From: an uncultured Verrucomicrobiae bacterium
Lineage (GTDB): Bacteria; Verrucomicrobiota; Verrucomicrobiia; Chthoniobacterales; JAFAMB01
NCBI GenBank assembly: GCA_963762565.1
Contig: CAVXLD010000009.1
Location: forward strand, 64,001 to 128,000
Direction: 5' to 3'
Length of the DNA stretch: 64,000 nt
The translations under genes and the position numbers were made by a program. Positions 1-9,866 of the stretch are shown here, piece after piece; the first letter of the stretch is position 1; every line of letters starts with the position of its first letter. A model generated the notes under the pieces. That model had not been told where the DNA came from and did not search any database. It was given only the letters and a program-made list of their open reading frames with translations.

Positions 1-114
1 GCCGCGGTATTTATGCTGGCTCTGGCCGTGATGCTGGTTTGTCTGCTCCCGGCATCAGCCAATAACAATCAAAATGACTGCGATCTGCTATTCGGCGCGC
101 AGCGCCCCTCCTAG
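1..114 (+). CDS. 3' end of a probable membrane protein (partial)
   Basis: Frame 1 is open from base 1 (AAVFMLALAVMLVCLLPASANNNQNDCDLLFGAQRPS*) with a hydrophobic stretch; truncated by the window edge. Confidence 0.35.
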   Translation, partial: AAVFMLALAVMLVCLLPASANNNQNDCDLLFGAQRPS

Positions 115-139
115 CTCCTAGATTCTAGCTCCTAGCTCC

Positions 140-1825
140 TCAATCCGTCACCGCTCCTTCGGACGCCGACTTCACCTGACTCGCGTATTTCGCCAGGACA
201 CCTCGGGGATATTTCGGTTTTGGCGATTTCCAGGCCTTTAGCCGCTCTTGCAGCTCGGCTTTCGAGATCTTGAGATCGATCGTTCGTTTCTCGGCATCGA
301 TGGCGATCGGATCGCCGTTTTTAACCACGGCGATCGGTCCGCCTACAAACGCTTCCGGAGTCACATGGCCGATCACAAAACCATGGCTCCCACCTGAGAA
401 CCGGCCATCGGTGATTAATGCGACCTCTTTACTCAGGCCTTTCCCCGCAATCGCCGACGTCGGAGAAAGCATCTCGCGCATACCGGGGCCTCCTTTCGGC
501 CCTTCATAACGGATCACGATGACATCCCCTTTTTTGACCTTGTCGTCCAGGATCGCGCGCAATGCTCTCTCTTCCGATTCAAATACCCGGGCCGGACCGG
601 AGAATTTTAGTCCTTCTTTACCGGAGATTTTGGCGACCGCTCCTTCCGTCGCCAGATTCCCGTAGAGAACCACCAAATGGCTCTCCGATTTGATCGGGTT
701 CTTCAACGGGCGAATAATCTCTTGGCCTTTCGGGTAGGGCTTAATGGCAGCCAGATTCTGTTTCAGCGTTTTGCCGCTCACGGTCAGGCAATCGCCATGC
801 AAAAGCCCTTCCTGAAGCAGGGTCTTCATCATCGGAATGATGCCGCCGATTTGCACCAGTTCCCACATCGAGTAGCGTCCGCTGGGTTTAAGATCGGCCA
901 ACACCGGGACCCGTTTTCCGATTCGAGTCCAATCGTCTAGCTTCAACCGGATCCCGGCAGCGTGAGCAATTGCTAACAAATGCAAAACCGCGTTGGTCGA
1001 TCCTCCTAACGCGATAGCCACGGTCATGGCGTTCTCAAATGATTCTTTGGAAAGAATATCGGAAGGACGGATTCCTTTTTTTATGAGGTTGAGAACGGCA
1101 GCGCCGGCGCTGCGGCAGTCCGCCAGTTTTTCCTCTGAAATAGCCGCCTGGGCTGAGCTATTAGGCAGGCTCATCCCCAGGGCTTCGATCGCCGAGGCCA
1201 TCGTATTTGCGGTATACATGCCGCCACACGACCCCGGTCCAGGGATGGCGCAGGATTCAACCGCCTCAAGTTCTTGATCCGAAATCTTGCCGCTGGAATG
1301 AGCGCCGACCGCTTCAAAGATCGAAACAATATCCAGGTTACGCCCATTCAAACACCCGGGCAAAATCGTACCCCCGTAAACAAAGACTGAAGGCCGGTTG
1401 AGCCGAGCCAAAGCAATGAGACACCCGGGCATATTCTTGTCGCATCCGCCCACGGCCACAACCCCGTCAAAACCTTCCGCCGCGCTCACGGTTTCAATCG
1501 AGTCGGCAATAATCTCGCGGGAAACCATCGAATACTTCATCCCTTCAGTCCCCATCGAGATACCGTCCGAAACCGTGATCGTATTGAAAGTAATCGATTT
1601 CCCTCCGGCCCCTTCAACCCCCCGCACGACTTCACGGGCCAGCTTGTCGATATGAACGTTGCACGGGGTGACTTCTGACCAGGTGGAAGCCACTCCGATG
1701 ATCGGTTTCTTAAAGTCCTCTTTTTTGAACCCTACGGCATATAGCATCCCCCGGCTAAATGCGCGCTCGGGCCCATCAACAACCGGCGCCGAAAATTCGC
1801 GAGGATCATGACCATTTTTCTTCAT
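140..1825 (-). CDS. ilvD: dihydroxy-acid dehydratase
   Basis: 561 aa; [48 protein letters not shown] and TDGRFSG motifs. Confidence 0.97.
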   Translation of the reverse strand: MKKNGHDPREFSAPVVDGPERAFSRGMLYAVGFKKEDFKKPIIGVASTWSEVTPCNVHIDKLAREVVRGVEGAGGKSITFNTITVSDGISMGTEGMKYSMVSREIIADSIETVSAAEGFDGVVAVGGCDKNMPGCLIALARLNRPSVFVYGGTILPGCLNGRNLDIVSIFEAVGAHSSGKISDQELEAVESCAIPGPGSCGGMYTANTMASAIEALGMSLPNSSAQAAISEEKLADCRSAGAAVLNLIKKGIRPSDILSKESFENAMTVAIALGGSTNAVLHLLAIAHAAGIRLKLDDWTRIGKRVPVLADLKPSGRYSMWELVQIGGIIPMMKTLLQEGLLHGDCLTVSGKTLKQNLAAIKPYPKGQEIIRPLKNPIKSESHLVVLYGNLATEGAVAKISGKEGLKFSGPARVFESEERALRAILDDKVKKGDVIVIRYEGPKGGPGMREMLSPTSAIAGKGLSKEVALITDGRFSGGSHGFVIGHVTPEAFVGGPIAVVKNGDPIAIDAEKRTIDLKISKAELQERLKAWKSPKPKYPRGVLAKYASQVKSASEGAVTD

Positions 1826-1877
1826 GTGCAGTCATTCTGTAAGGTCCGAACTGGAAACTGGAAAGGGAATTTTTTTA

Positions 1878-2233
1878 AGGAGCTAGGAGCTAGAATCTAG
1901 GAGCTAGGAGCTAGGAGAAGCGTGTCGGCGTGTCGGCGTGTCGGCGTGGTTGCCACGAAGTGGCGAAACAGAATAGCCCAGGGCTTCGCCCTGGGTTGGG
2001 TTCCAAAAAGAGGATCGCCCTGAAGGGGTGACCGACATTGGACGCTGCGTTGGCCACATCGTCGCACAGGCTTGAACAAGAAACTTGGCGAGCACGGATT
2101 CTCCTCTCCCGCCCTTTCAGGGCGGATCCATGAGGGCCGTCATACCCAGGGCTAAAGCCCTGGGCTGTTCTGTTTAGCCACTTCGTGGCATTCGCCGCAT
2201 CGCCGACACGCTTCTCCTAGCTCCTAGCTCCTC
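1878..2233. repeat. REPIN/MITE-like palindromic element with heptamer (GGAGCTA/TAGCTCC) arms
   Basis: Core 1951-2190 is bounded by tgccacgaagtggc...gccacttcgtggca and contains cccagggc..gccctggg hairpins; same layout as the ends flanking the TnpA at 38.2 kb. Confidence 0.75.
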
Positions 2234-2857
2234 TCACACCAGCGCTCGATTCGCCCACAGCATGAGCCTCTCGATCAGGCTCAACGCGTCCGCGCAACGG
2301 GTTTCCTCCACATGAAACACCACTCTCCCTTTTCCCCGGATCACAAAGATCTTGCTTAAGAGGGGAGCGGGGAGCTCGCCGAGCCTTTCCAATAGCTGAA
2401 GCGGCAACTGCTCTCTCACCATAGGCGATGAACCTGCTACGACAAAATGACGATCAAATTCCGGGAGCCCGGTATCGATTACCTTAGCGTGCATCCATTC
2501 CACAAACCACTCCGGCTCGGTCTTCCCGGCAAAGGTGCCAGCCAGAAACCGGGGGGGTTGCTCCGAATGCCGTTCCCTGGCCGTGATGAAGCACCAACTA
2601 TCAATGGCGGGTTCATCCGGCACCGACAACTCGACATAAGGACGTGGAACCCGCCCGTTCCATTCGGCTAACCACGCCATACCGGCTTTATCCCCGGTTA
2701 ACCGATACCAAAGCCCTTCATGATCTTCCTCCAAGCGCCATCGCCTTTTTCTAGCCTCCCATCTGACATGACGTAACGGCGATAGACCGAGAAACCAGAC
2801 CCACATGAGAAGTCCAGCTAATGCAACCACAGTTAGAGGTACGACAACTTGGGTCAC
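2234..2857 (-). CDS. hypothetical protein with N-terminal transmembrane helix
   Basis: 207 aa ORF with a hydrophobic N-terminus that fills the gap between repeats. Confidence 0.6.
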   Translation of the reverse strand: MTQVVVPLTVVALAGLLMWVWFLGLSPLRHVRWEARKRRWRLEEDHEGLWYRLTGDKAGMAWLAEWNGRVPRPYVELSVPDEPAIDSWCFITARERHSEQPPRFLAGTFAGKTEPEWFVEWMHAKVIDTGLPEFDRHFVVAGSSPMVREQLPLQLLERLGELPAPLLSKIFVIRGKGRVVFHVEETRCADALSLIERLMLWANRALV

Positions 2858-2923
2858 CGCCCGGCAAGTGAAATCATGCCCCCAGTCTTCATCAATGAAA
2901 GCTTTGCAACATTTCAGTCACAC

Positions 2924-3210
2924 TAGCCTGCAAGGCTTTCTAAGGCGCCCGCCTTAGAAAGCCTTGCAGGCTATGGCAGCAACCTGATCTGGCCTACAGC
3001 GGATCAGGTTGCTGCTACTCTAAAAGGAGGATTGGTGGGTAGTTTAGGTCTTCTCAAAAAGCAGCAGAATGGCCGGCGTAAGCCGGGCATTCTGCTGCCA
3101 TAGCGAGCATTTCGCACAAATCCGCTGCCGCTGACTTTGTGGCTGTTACCGGAAACAGGTCCGAAAACCGGCGCTAGAACACAGAGCGGATTTGTGCGAA
3201 ATGCTCGCTA
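2924..3210. repeat. four-hairpin intergenic element (TAGCCTG family, copy A)
   Basis: Perfect 23-bp stem 2924-2973, hairpins 2976-3015 and 3061-3098, perfect 26-bp stem 3101-3126/3185-3210; related to 54135-54343 and 40661-40862. Confidence 0.8.
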
Positions 3211-3735
3211 GTGCCAAGCGAACTTGACCTGCAGAGGATTGTTTCCGAGCTGTATTCGCCTGTCTATCGGTTCGCCTTCGCCTTGAGTAGAAACGAGACC
3301 CAAGCGGCTGATCTCGCTCAGGAAACGTTTCTGATCTTAACCAAGCAGCAGGCTCAGGTCCGGGATATCACCAAGATCAAGTCCTGGTTGTTTACGACGC
3401 TGCGCCGGGAGTTTTTGCGCGGTTTACGCTCCCAATCGTCGCATCCGGAGGTCGAGCTAAAGCCGGAGCACCAAGATGAATTGGTCGCCGACTCCCGAGT
3501 GCTCGAGGCGAGTGATGCTGCCACGGTCATCGAGGCGTTGACCCGCGTTGATGAGAGTTATCGGGTCGTCCTGGAATTATTTTACCTGGCAGACCTCTCC
3601 TATAAAGAGATAGCCGCAACCTTGGATATACCGATCGGGACGGTGATGTCCCGTTTGTCCCGAGGTAAAGAGCAACTGAGAACACTTTTAGCTAAAACCA
3701 CACCGCCCGACAGAATCATTCCTCGTCCCAAGTAA
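3211..3735 (+). CDS. ECF RNA polymerase sigma-70 factor
   Basis: AADLAQETF, SWLFT and LSYKEIAATLDIPIGTVMSRLSRG (sigma regions 2 and 4). Confidence 0.93.
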   Translation: MPSELDLQRIVSELYSPVYRFAFALSRNETQAADLAQETFLILTKQQAQVRDITKIKSWLFTTLRREFLRGLRSQSSHPEVELKPEHQDELVADSRVLEASDAATVIEALTRVDESYRVVLELFYLADLSYKEIAATLDIPIGTVMSRLSRGKEQLRTLLAKTTPPDRIIPRPK

Positions 3736-3753
3736 AAACCTGCCTTCTAAGAC

Positions 3754-4563
3754 ATGAATTCGGACGCCGCCAAAGAAATTCTATCAGCATACCGGTCCAG
3801 CGATCGGGATGGGGCGGATCCATTTTTTCGCGAAGCGCTCGACCAAATGGAGCGCGACGGCCAACTCAAGAAGTGGTTCGAAGAGCAACACGGCGTGGAC
3901 CGGGCGATCCGAGACAAATTGGCCAGCATCCAGCCGCCGGCTGATCTCCAGGCAAAAATTCTGGCTCAGATTAGAGGCCAGAAAGTCCGGCGATTCGCGT
4001 TACCTCCGGTCTGGCTAGCGGCGGCGGCTTGTTTGGTACTCGGGGGATTCGTTTTGTTTTATTCGAACCACCAGGGAGGACCCGATCGATTCCAGGAGTT
4101 CAAGAGCGACGCCCTGGCAATGGTTTCAGCGCAAGGTGGACCGGTGCTCGATTTGTGGACATCGAATCTAGACGAAACCCAGAGTTACCTGAAGGAACAT
4201 CAAGCGCCCTATGACGAATGGCTGCCAAACCGGCTAAAATCGATGGAAACGGCCGGGTGCAGGGCCTTTGTTTGGAAAGATTATCCAGCATCGCTGACCT
4301 GTTTTCGAATGGCCAACGGTATGCTGCTACACCTGGTTGTAATCAATCGAGACGCCATGGGAAACGCCAACATCCCAGTCGGAATGAAATCCATGGGAGA
4401 CTGGCACGTCATGTTCCAGCAGAAAGATGGGATGTTATTGATGTGGGCAACCCAAGCGCCCATGGAAAAAATGAAGGAGATGTTGCTGGTGGCGGCGGGG
4501 GGAAAAGGAGTTCGAGGAGTTGCAGGAGTTCAAGGAGTAGGTCTTCGGTCGGCCCTAATGTAA
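3754..4563 (+). CDS. probable membrane-anchored anti-sigma factor
   Basis: Directly downstream of the ECF sigma; short cytoplasmic N-domain, single TM (WLAAAACLVLGGFVLF) and extracytoplasmic domain; the tail runs into a 9-mer repeat. Confidence 0.7.
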   Translation: MNSDAAKEILSAYRSSDRDGADPFFREALDQMERDGQLKKWFEEQHGVDRAIRDKLASIQPPADLQAKILAQIRGQKVRRFALPPVWLAAAACLVLGGFVLFYSNHQGGPDRFQEFKSDALAMVSAQGGPVLDLWTSNLDETQSYLKEHQAPYDEWLPNRLKSMETAGCRAFVWKDYPASLTCFRMANGMLLHLVVINRDAMGNANIPVGMKSMGDWHVMFQQKDGMLLMWATQAPMEKMKEMLLVAAGGKGVRGVAGVQGVGLRSALM

Positions 4564-4621
4564 GAGCGGAAAGCGCCCTGAAAGCATCTCCAACCCCCAA
4601 GGAGCTCCGCAGGGTCCAAAT

Positions 4622-4866
4622 TGGGGAGGGCGCGCTGCCTGTCCGACATAGCCTTATGCATCCGATCGGTTTTTCTTCGAGCGGGGCGACGTCGGATCCC
4701 CGCGCGCCGCGGAGACGTGCCACGACAGAAAGGCATATGTTCATCCGCGGTCATAACATGTCCTCGGCTTCGGTAACAGCGGATCGCGAGGATCCGACGT
4801 CGCCAGCGCTGAGAAGAAAAGACCCACGATGGAAGGCTATGTCGGACAGGCTGCGATCCCTCCCGG
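4622..4866. repeat. GGAGGG-REP family composite element
   Basis: ggggagggcgcgc...gcgatccctccc ends; the internal segment ggatcgcgaggatccgacgtcgccagcgctgagaagaaaagacccacgatggaaggctatgtcggacaggctgcg recurs at ~24553-24627. Confidence 0.7.
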
Positions 4867-4945
4867 GCGACGGCGCCGCTTCAAACACAAGAGCGAAAGC
4901 GCTTAGTGAATCGGTTCCGGCGAAGCAGTGATTCACCCAATCATT

Positions 4946-4970
4946 ATTCCCTACTAATTAAATAGACTTT
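4946..4970. promoter_or_regulatory. candidate operator (Rrf2/CymR-like box) upstream of sbp
   Basis: ATTCCCTACTAATTAAATAGACTTT; 17/25 identical to the box at 7939-7963. Confidence 0.45.
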
Positions 4971-5072
4971 ACCGTCGCAGCGTACTAGCTTAGACGCGAT
5001 TTCACTAATTTATCGGAGGAACTGGGCCCCGAGCGATCCTGTCATTGACCCGGCGCGAGCGAGGCTCTCGCT

Positions 5073-6095
5073 ATGAAGAGAATTTTGGTCACTGTGCTTC
5101 CCCTCCTGGCGGTGGTTGCTGCGGTTGCGCTCGTCTACTTCGGAAACGTCGATGACGACAGATCAATTCAACTCTTGAATGTCTCCTACGATCCTACGCG
5201 TGAGCTCTTTCAAGATCTCAATCAACAGTTTGTTTCGAAGTACCAGCGAGAAACCGGCCGGAAGGTAACCATCAAACAATCGCATGGAGGTTCTTCGCGG
5301 CAGGCGGAGGCCGTCATCGATGGGTTAGCAGCTGACGTTGTGTCGCTGGCTTTGCCTTCGGACATCGACTTATTACGTAAACACGGCTTAATCAGCAACG
5401 GCTGGTCGGACCGCCTGCCAAACCATTCGCAACCCTTCACTTCGATGATCGTGTTCGTCGTGCGCAAGGGTAACCCTAAGGCTATCAAGGATTGGCCCGA
5501 CTTGGTCCGGCCTGGCATTTCTGTGATCACCCCGAATCCGAAGACATCCGGCAATGGCAAGCTGAGCCTGTTGGCCGCTTGGGGCTCTATTATTTATCGC
5601 GGCGGGACCGAAGAGCAGGCGCGAGATTATCTGAAACGTCTTTATCAGAATGTACCCGTCTTGGGGACCGGGGCGCGGGATTCGACGATCACATTCACTC
5701 AGGATAAAATCGGAGACGTTCATCTAACCTGGGAGAACGAGGCTCGGTTAGAGATTCAGGATACAGCCGGTGAGCTGGAGGTGGTTTACCCGCCCGTAAC
5801 TATCCGGGCGGAACCGAGTGTAGCCTGGGTTGATAAAAATGTTGAGCAACGGAAAAGCAAAGATTACGCGAGAGCTTACCTGGAGTTTCTGTTTAGCCGC
5901 ACCGCTCAAGAAACTATGGCCCGATATGGTTATCGCCCAGTCGATCCGGAAGTGCAGCCAGACCACGTTTCTCAACTGCCGGCCGTTCAATTGTTCCCGG
6001 TCACGCTCATTGCAAAAGACTGGGACGATGCCCAGCAAAAGTTCTTTGCTGATAGCGGCGTATTCGATCTGATCTACACACCACGGGCTAAGTGA
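5073..6095 (+). CDS. sbp: sulfate/thiosulfate ABC transporter substrate-binding protein
   Basis: LLNVSYDPTREL, QSHGGSSRQA, VRKGNPKAIKDW, NPKTSG, GARDST and WENEA motifs of the Sbp/CysP family. Confidence 0.92.
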   Translation: MKRILVTVLPLLAVVAAVALVYFGNVDDDRSIQLLNVSYDPTRELFQDLNQQFVSKYQRETGRKVTIKQSHGGSSRQAEAVIDGLAADVVSLALPSDIDLLRKHGLISNGWSDRLPNHSQPFTSMIVFVVRKGNPKAIKDWPDLVRPGISVITPNPKTSGNGKLSLLAAWGSIIYRGGTEEQARDYLKRLYQNVPVLGTGARDSTITFTQDKIGDVHLTWENEARLEIQDTAGELEVVYPPVTIRAEPSVAWVDKNVEQRKSKDYARAYLEFLFSRTAQETMARYGYRPVDPEVQPDHVSQLPAVQLFPVTLIAKDWDDAQQKFFADSGVFDLIYTPRAK

Positions 6096-7867
6096 AACTC
6101 ATGGTTAACTACCGCTGGACCGATGCTCGCAAGGATCTTCTCGCGGGCGTGACGGTGGCCGCCATCTCTTTGCCCCAGGCCATGGCCTATGCGTTGATTG
6201 CCGGCGTCGACCCTCGCTTTGGCCTTTACTCGGCAATCGTGATCACCGCGGTTGCATCCGTCTTCGGTTCATCTTCTCACCTGATCAACGGTCCCACCAA
6301 TGCGATCTCTCTGGTGGTTTTTAGCTCGCTGGCATTTCTCGATCCTGACGCTCGTTTTGATGCCTATCAGGCGACTTTTCTGCTCTGTATTATGGCGGGA
6401 ATTGTTCAAATTCTAATTGCCGTCTTCAGGTTAGGCGACCTAACCCGCTATATCTCAGAATCTGTCGTGCTCGGTTTTATGGCTGGAGCGAGTTGTTTAA
6501 TCGCTCTCGGCCAGGTCGGCAATTTATTCGGGCTCCGCGACCAGGGTAGCGGTCACCAGCACGTCCTTCTCCGGCTGTGGTTGACTCTGACCCAAGGCGG
6601 CCCGCTTAACCTTTACGCCCTCGGAATCGGACTAGGAACAATTTTTCTGGTTGTTGCTCTCGGCCGGTTGCGAAGAACCTATCGCCTTCCCCAGATGGAA
6701 ATGTTGCTCACGTTAATAGTTGTGGCGATTGTTGCCGCGCTCTTCGGTTGGTCGGCGCCCGGGGCGAACGGCAAGACGGCTATCGCCGTGATTGGCCACG
6801 TGCCCGCCGGCTTACCTGGACCGCACATTCCCGTAATCAAGTTTTGGTGGGTAAAAGAGCTTTCCAGCAGCGCCTTAGCCGTCGCATTTCTTGGTCTGCT
6901 AGAAGCCCTGGCCATCGCTAAATCGATCGCAAATCAGACCCGCCAATCGCTGGACTACAATCGGCAATGTCTAGCCGAAGGTTTGGCCAATCTCACCGGT
7001 GGATTTTTTCAGTGTTTACCCGGTTCAGGTTCGCTGACGCGCTCTGCCATCAACTTTCAGTCCGGCGCCGTGAGCCGGGTCTCCGGTGTGTTTGCCGCGG
7101 GTACGGTCGCTGTGGTTGTGCTGTCGCTCGCGCCCCTAGCCCAGTACATTCCCAAGGCAGCTCTAGCCGGCTTGTTGTTTGTTACCGCAGCCAAACTCGT
7201 CGATTGGCGAAGGTTGCGTTTAGCGCTGCGTGCATCCGGATACGACGCCGGCTTGATCGCTATTACCGCTTTCTCGGCTCTCTTCATTAGCGTTGAGTTC
7301 TCGATTCTGATCGGGGTCGCTCTCTCCATCGTTTTGTTTGTGCCGAGAGCCGCCCGATTGCGTTGCTCCGAGTTGGTCGTCAGCACCGAGGGAGTCGTGC
7401 GGGAGCGCCTGCCAGAAGACCCCGTCTGTGACGCGCTAATTCTTTACGATCTCGAGGGCGAGCTGTTCTTTGGGGCGGCGCCGGAACTCGACCGCTATTT
7501 TAACGAGTTGAAGCAAAAAGCGCTGAGCAAGGCCATCCACGTGATTGTCGTTCGAGTGAAACGGACCCGAAATCCTGACCTGGTTTGTCTGGAGCGATTC
7601 GAACTCTTTGTCGACGACCTGAAGGAAAAAGGGATTACCGTTTTATTTTGCGGAGTTCGCCCTGATCTGGCCAAAGCCATGAAGAAAATGGGTTCTTCAA
7701 ACTGGCTTCGGCCAGATCAAGTTTTCTCTGAGGAAGACGACAAGGATTCAGCGACCATCAAAGCCGTCCGACATGCATACAGCCTACTTGGACAGAATGA
7801 CTGTTCGCATTGTAAGCAGAAGGGACTGCAGGATACGGGGCAAACGAAGTTGTATTACCTGGTCTGA
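6092..7867 (+). CDS. sulP: SulP family anion transporter with STAS domain
   Basis: DLLAGVTVAAISLPQAMAYALIAG, GLYS and GSLTRS motifs; C-terminal STAS (GELFFGAA); GTGA overlap with sbp. Confidence 0.92.
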   Translation: MKLMVNYRWTDARKDLLAGVTVAAISLPQAMAYALIAGVDPRFGLYSAIVITAVASVFGSSSHLINGPTNAISLVVFSSLAFLDPDARFDAYQATFLLCIMAGIVQILIAVFRLGDLTRYISESVVLGFMAGASCLIALGQVGNLFGLRDQGSGHQHVLLRLWLTLTQGGPLNLYALGIGLGTIFLVVALGRLRRTYRLPQMEMLLTLIVVAIVAALFGWSAPGANGKTAIAVIGHVPAGLPGPHIPVIKFWWVKELSSSALAVAFLGLLEALAIAKSIANQTRQSLDYNRQCLAEGLANLTGGFFQCLPGSGSLTRSAINFQSGAVSRVSGVFAAGTVAVVVLSLAPLAQYIPKAALAGLLFVTAAKLVDWRRLRLALRASGYDAGLIAITAFSALFISVEFSILIGVALSIVLFVPRAARLRCSELVVSTEGVVRERLPEDPVCDALILYDLEGELFFGAAPELDRYFNELKQKALSKAIHVIVVRVKRTRNPDLVCLERFELFVDDLKEKGITVLFCGVRPDLAKAMKKMGSSNWLRPDQVFSEEDDKDSATIKAVRHAYSLLGQNDCSHCKQKGLQDTGQTKLYYLV

Positions 7868-7938
7868 GGGGCTGCCGCCCTTGGCCTGCGGTTCGGCGAA
7901 GGTCAAAAGCGGCTCCCGTTTCGGAAATTCCCACTTGA

Positions 7939-7963
7939 ATACCCTACTTACTTAGTAGTATAT
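7939..7963. promoter_or_regulatory. candidate operator (second copy of the Rrf2/CymR-like box)
   Basis: ATACCCTACTTACTTAGTAGTATAT, 8 nt upstream of the poly-Cys ORF and overlapping a TTGAAT -35-like hexamer. Confidence 0.45.
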
Positions 7964-7971
7964 ACGCCTTC

Positions 7972-8067
7972 GTGAAACCTATTCATCGACTTTCGTCAGC
8001 CAATTCTCTCGCCCCGGATCGGCTCGCCGCAGTGCTGACCTTGGTTGATTGCTGTTGTTGTCGCTAA
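7972..8067 (+). CDS. putative poly-cysteine leader peptide (31 aa)
   Basis: GTG start; MKPIHRLSSANSLAPDRLAAVLTLVDCCCCR*; four consecutive Cys codons just before the stop, next to sulfate uptake genes; absent from the ORF track. Confidence 0.6.
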   Translation: MKPIHRLSSANSLAPDRLAAVLTLVDCCCCR

Positions 8068-8247
8068 CCTATCTCATCGATCCTCCGCCGTCCCGCGAAC
8101 GCGGCACTATAGCGGACAGGTAACCCAGCTCGTGTTTCCTTGTAGCATCCAACCAAACAACAACTCTTTAGTTTCACGTTATGTCATATTTTCACGCTGC
8201 TTGGCGAACTTGCTTGAACGTTTGGCACGGACGAACGATTTAGGCTC

Positions 8248-8748
8248 GTGGATCAACCAGTCGCAATCGTTCTCATGGGTGTATCCGGCTCTGGCAAGAC
8301 GGTCGTCGGGACCCGCTTGGCGGAGAAGCTAAAGTACGAATTCCTGGATGCGGATAATTTTCATCCGCCGGCCAACATCGAGAAGATGAAGCACGGCATC
8401 CCTCTAACCGATGAAGACCGATATCCCTGGCTACGCAATCTTCACGGGGAGCTCGGTTCCCGGTTAAGTCAAGGTAAGTCGGTTATCTTGGCATGCTCGG
8501 CCTTAAAAGAGACCTACCGTACGATTCTAGGGGAAGGTCTTACTCAGATAAGATTCGTGTATCTGCACGTCGACAAAGCGACACTCGCCGAACGCCTCCA
8601 AAAGCGAGCGGGACATTTCTTCCCAAAAGAGCTGCTCGATAGCCAATTGGCGGCTTTGGAGACGCCCCATGATGCCTTGGTCGTAGAAGAGAACCGGCCA
8701 ATAGATGAGGTCACCGACAACATCGTGAAGGCGATTGAGGGCCGGTAG
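8248..8748 (+). CDS. gntK: gluconokinase (GntK/IdnK type)
   Basis: GVSGSGKT P-loop, DADNFHPPANIEKM, PLTDEDR, ACSALK and LLDSQLAALETP. Confidence 0.92.
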   Translation: MDQPVAIVLMGVSGSGKTVVGTRLAEKLKYEFLDADNFHPPANIEKMKHGIPLTDEDRYPWLRNLHGELGSRLSQGKSVILACSALKETYRTILGEGLTQIRFVYLHVDKATLAERLQKRAGHFFPKELLDSQLAALETPHDALVVEENRPIDEVTDNIVKAIEGR

Positions 8749-9026
8749 GGTGAAAAACTCGGCGCGCCGAGCGTTCCGTTGCCTCATTCGGCTATCCGCG
8801 CCGGTTTTGAGCCGTTCCGTGCGATCCGCTTTGCCGGGCGCTTTGCGAAAACCCTGGACAGCCGGAATTGATTGTGACCGCAACGTCATGGAAGCTCTTT
8901 TAAGACAGGCAGGTACGGGAGTCCAGGTGTCTTGGGAGAAAACCACCGCACGGCGCGGCTCAAAACCGGCGCGCGACACCAAAGGGGTTAGCAACATCAC
9001 CGGCGCGCCGAGTTTTTCGCCCTACC
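8743..9026. repeat. REPIN-like element of two inverted GTAG-REPs
   Basis: ggtagggtgaaaaactcggcgcgccg ... cggcgcgccgagtttttcgccctacc; a similar REP occurs at ~31655-31682. Confidence 0.7.
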
Positions 9027-9033
9027 AGCTTTG

Positions 9034-9714
9034 TTATTTCGCCTCGGCTTTCCCGAATTTTACGAGGATCTCGTTATTCGCGACCTGGATAGACTGGATG
9101 GAATTGATCAACGCCTGATCTTCGGGTTCGCTATCTCGCAACGCCTTGTTGATGGCTTCGGAAATAGACCGGCGATAGTCTTGACTAGTTGTTAGCCACG
9201 GAAGCCGGGCGCCGTTTCCCTCCAAATCAAAATTCTCGACCTTGAACTCGCCGTGATCGACAGAGAGCCGAGCTGCCAATTTTCCGTTGAAATAGCGGTC
9301 ATGGAACCCCGGTACCAAGGGGATCTGCGCCATGAAGGTGAGCGGGACGCTCACCTCTGCCACTAGCCAATCGGCCTCGATGCGAAAACGCATATGTTCG
9401 GCTAGTTCCCGGTTATTGGGGCTGCCGAGAAACCAGGCGTTGAGTTCATCAGCGGTCAGATGAATCTCCGCGGAATTGTTTTTGCTTAACTCGTCTTGAG
9501 CACGCTGAAGTTTGTCCTGAAAGGCTTGGCCACTGCCTTCAGCGATCGGTGGGAACGTCCGCGAACTGGGCGATGTCATCCCGTAAGCCACGCGATAAGT
9601 GGAGATCGCTCCCCAAGCGATCGCTCCGAGGATCAGGACAAAGACAAAAAGCAACAATAGGCAACCCCAACGACAGCCGGTTGGTTGGCGCTGAGGCTGA
9701 GGTTGGCCGCTCAT
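9034..9714 (-). CDS. hypothetical membrane-anchored protein
   Basis: Likely start MSGQPQ (9714); GCRWGCLLLLF TM anchor; the ORF-track extension is heptamer-repeat sequence. Confidence 0.7.
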   Translation of the reverse strand: MSGQPQPQRQPTGCRWGCLLLLFVFVLILGAIAWGAISTYRVAYGMTSPSSRTFPPIAEGSGQAFQDKLQRAQDELSKNNSAEIHLTADELNAWFLGSPNNRELAEHMRFRIEADWLVAEVSVPLTFMAQIPLVPGFHDRYFNGKLAARLSVDHGEFKVENFDLEGNGARLPWLTTSQDYRRSISEAINKALRDSEPEDQALINSIQSIQVANNEILVKFGKAEAK

Positions 9715-9866
9715 ACAAATAAACAGTAAGCAGTTAGCAGTAAGCGGTAAGCGGTAAGCGGTGTCTTTCGTCCTCACCTACTATCTGCGTCTATCTGTGT
9801 CCATCCTGCGGTTGAGGCTTTCGTTCGGCTCGCATTCGCGGTTCTGCGCCGCTTACTGCTTACTGC

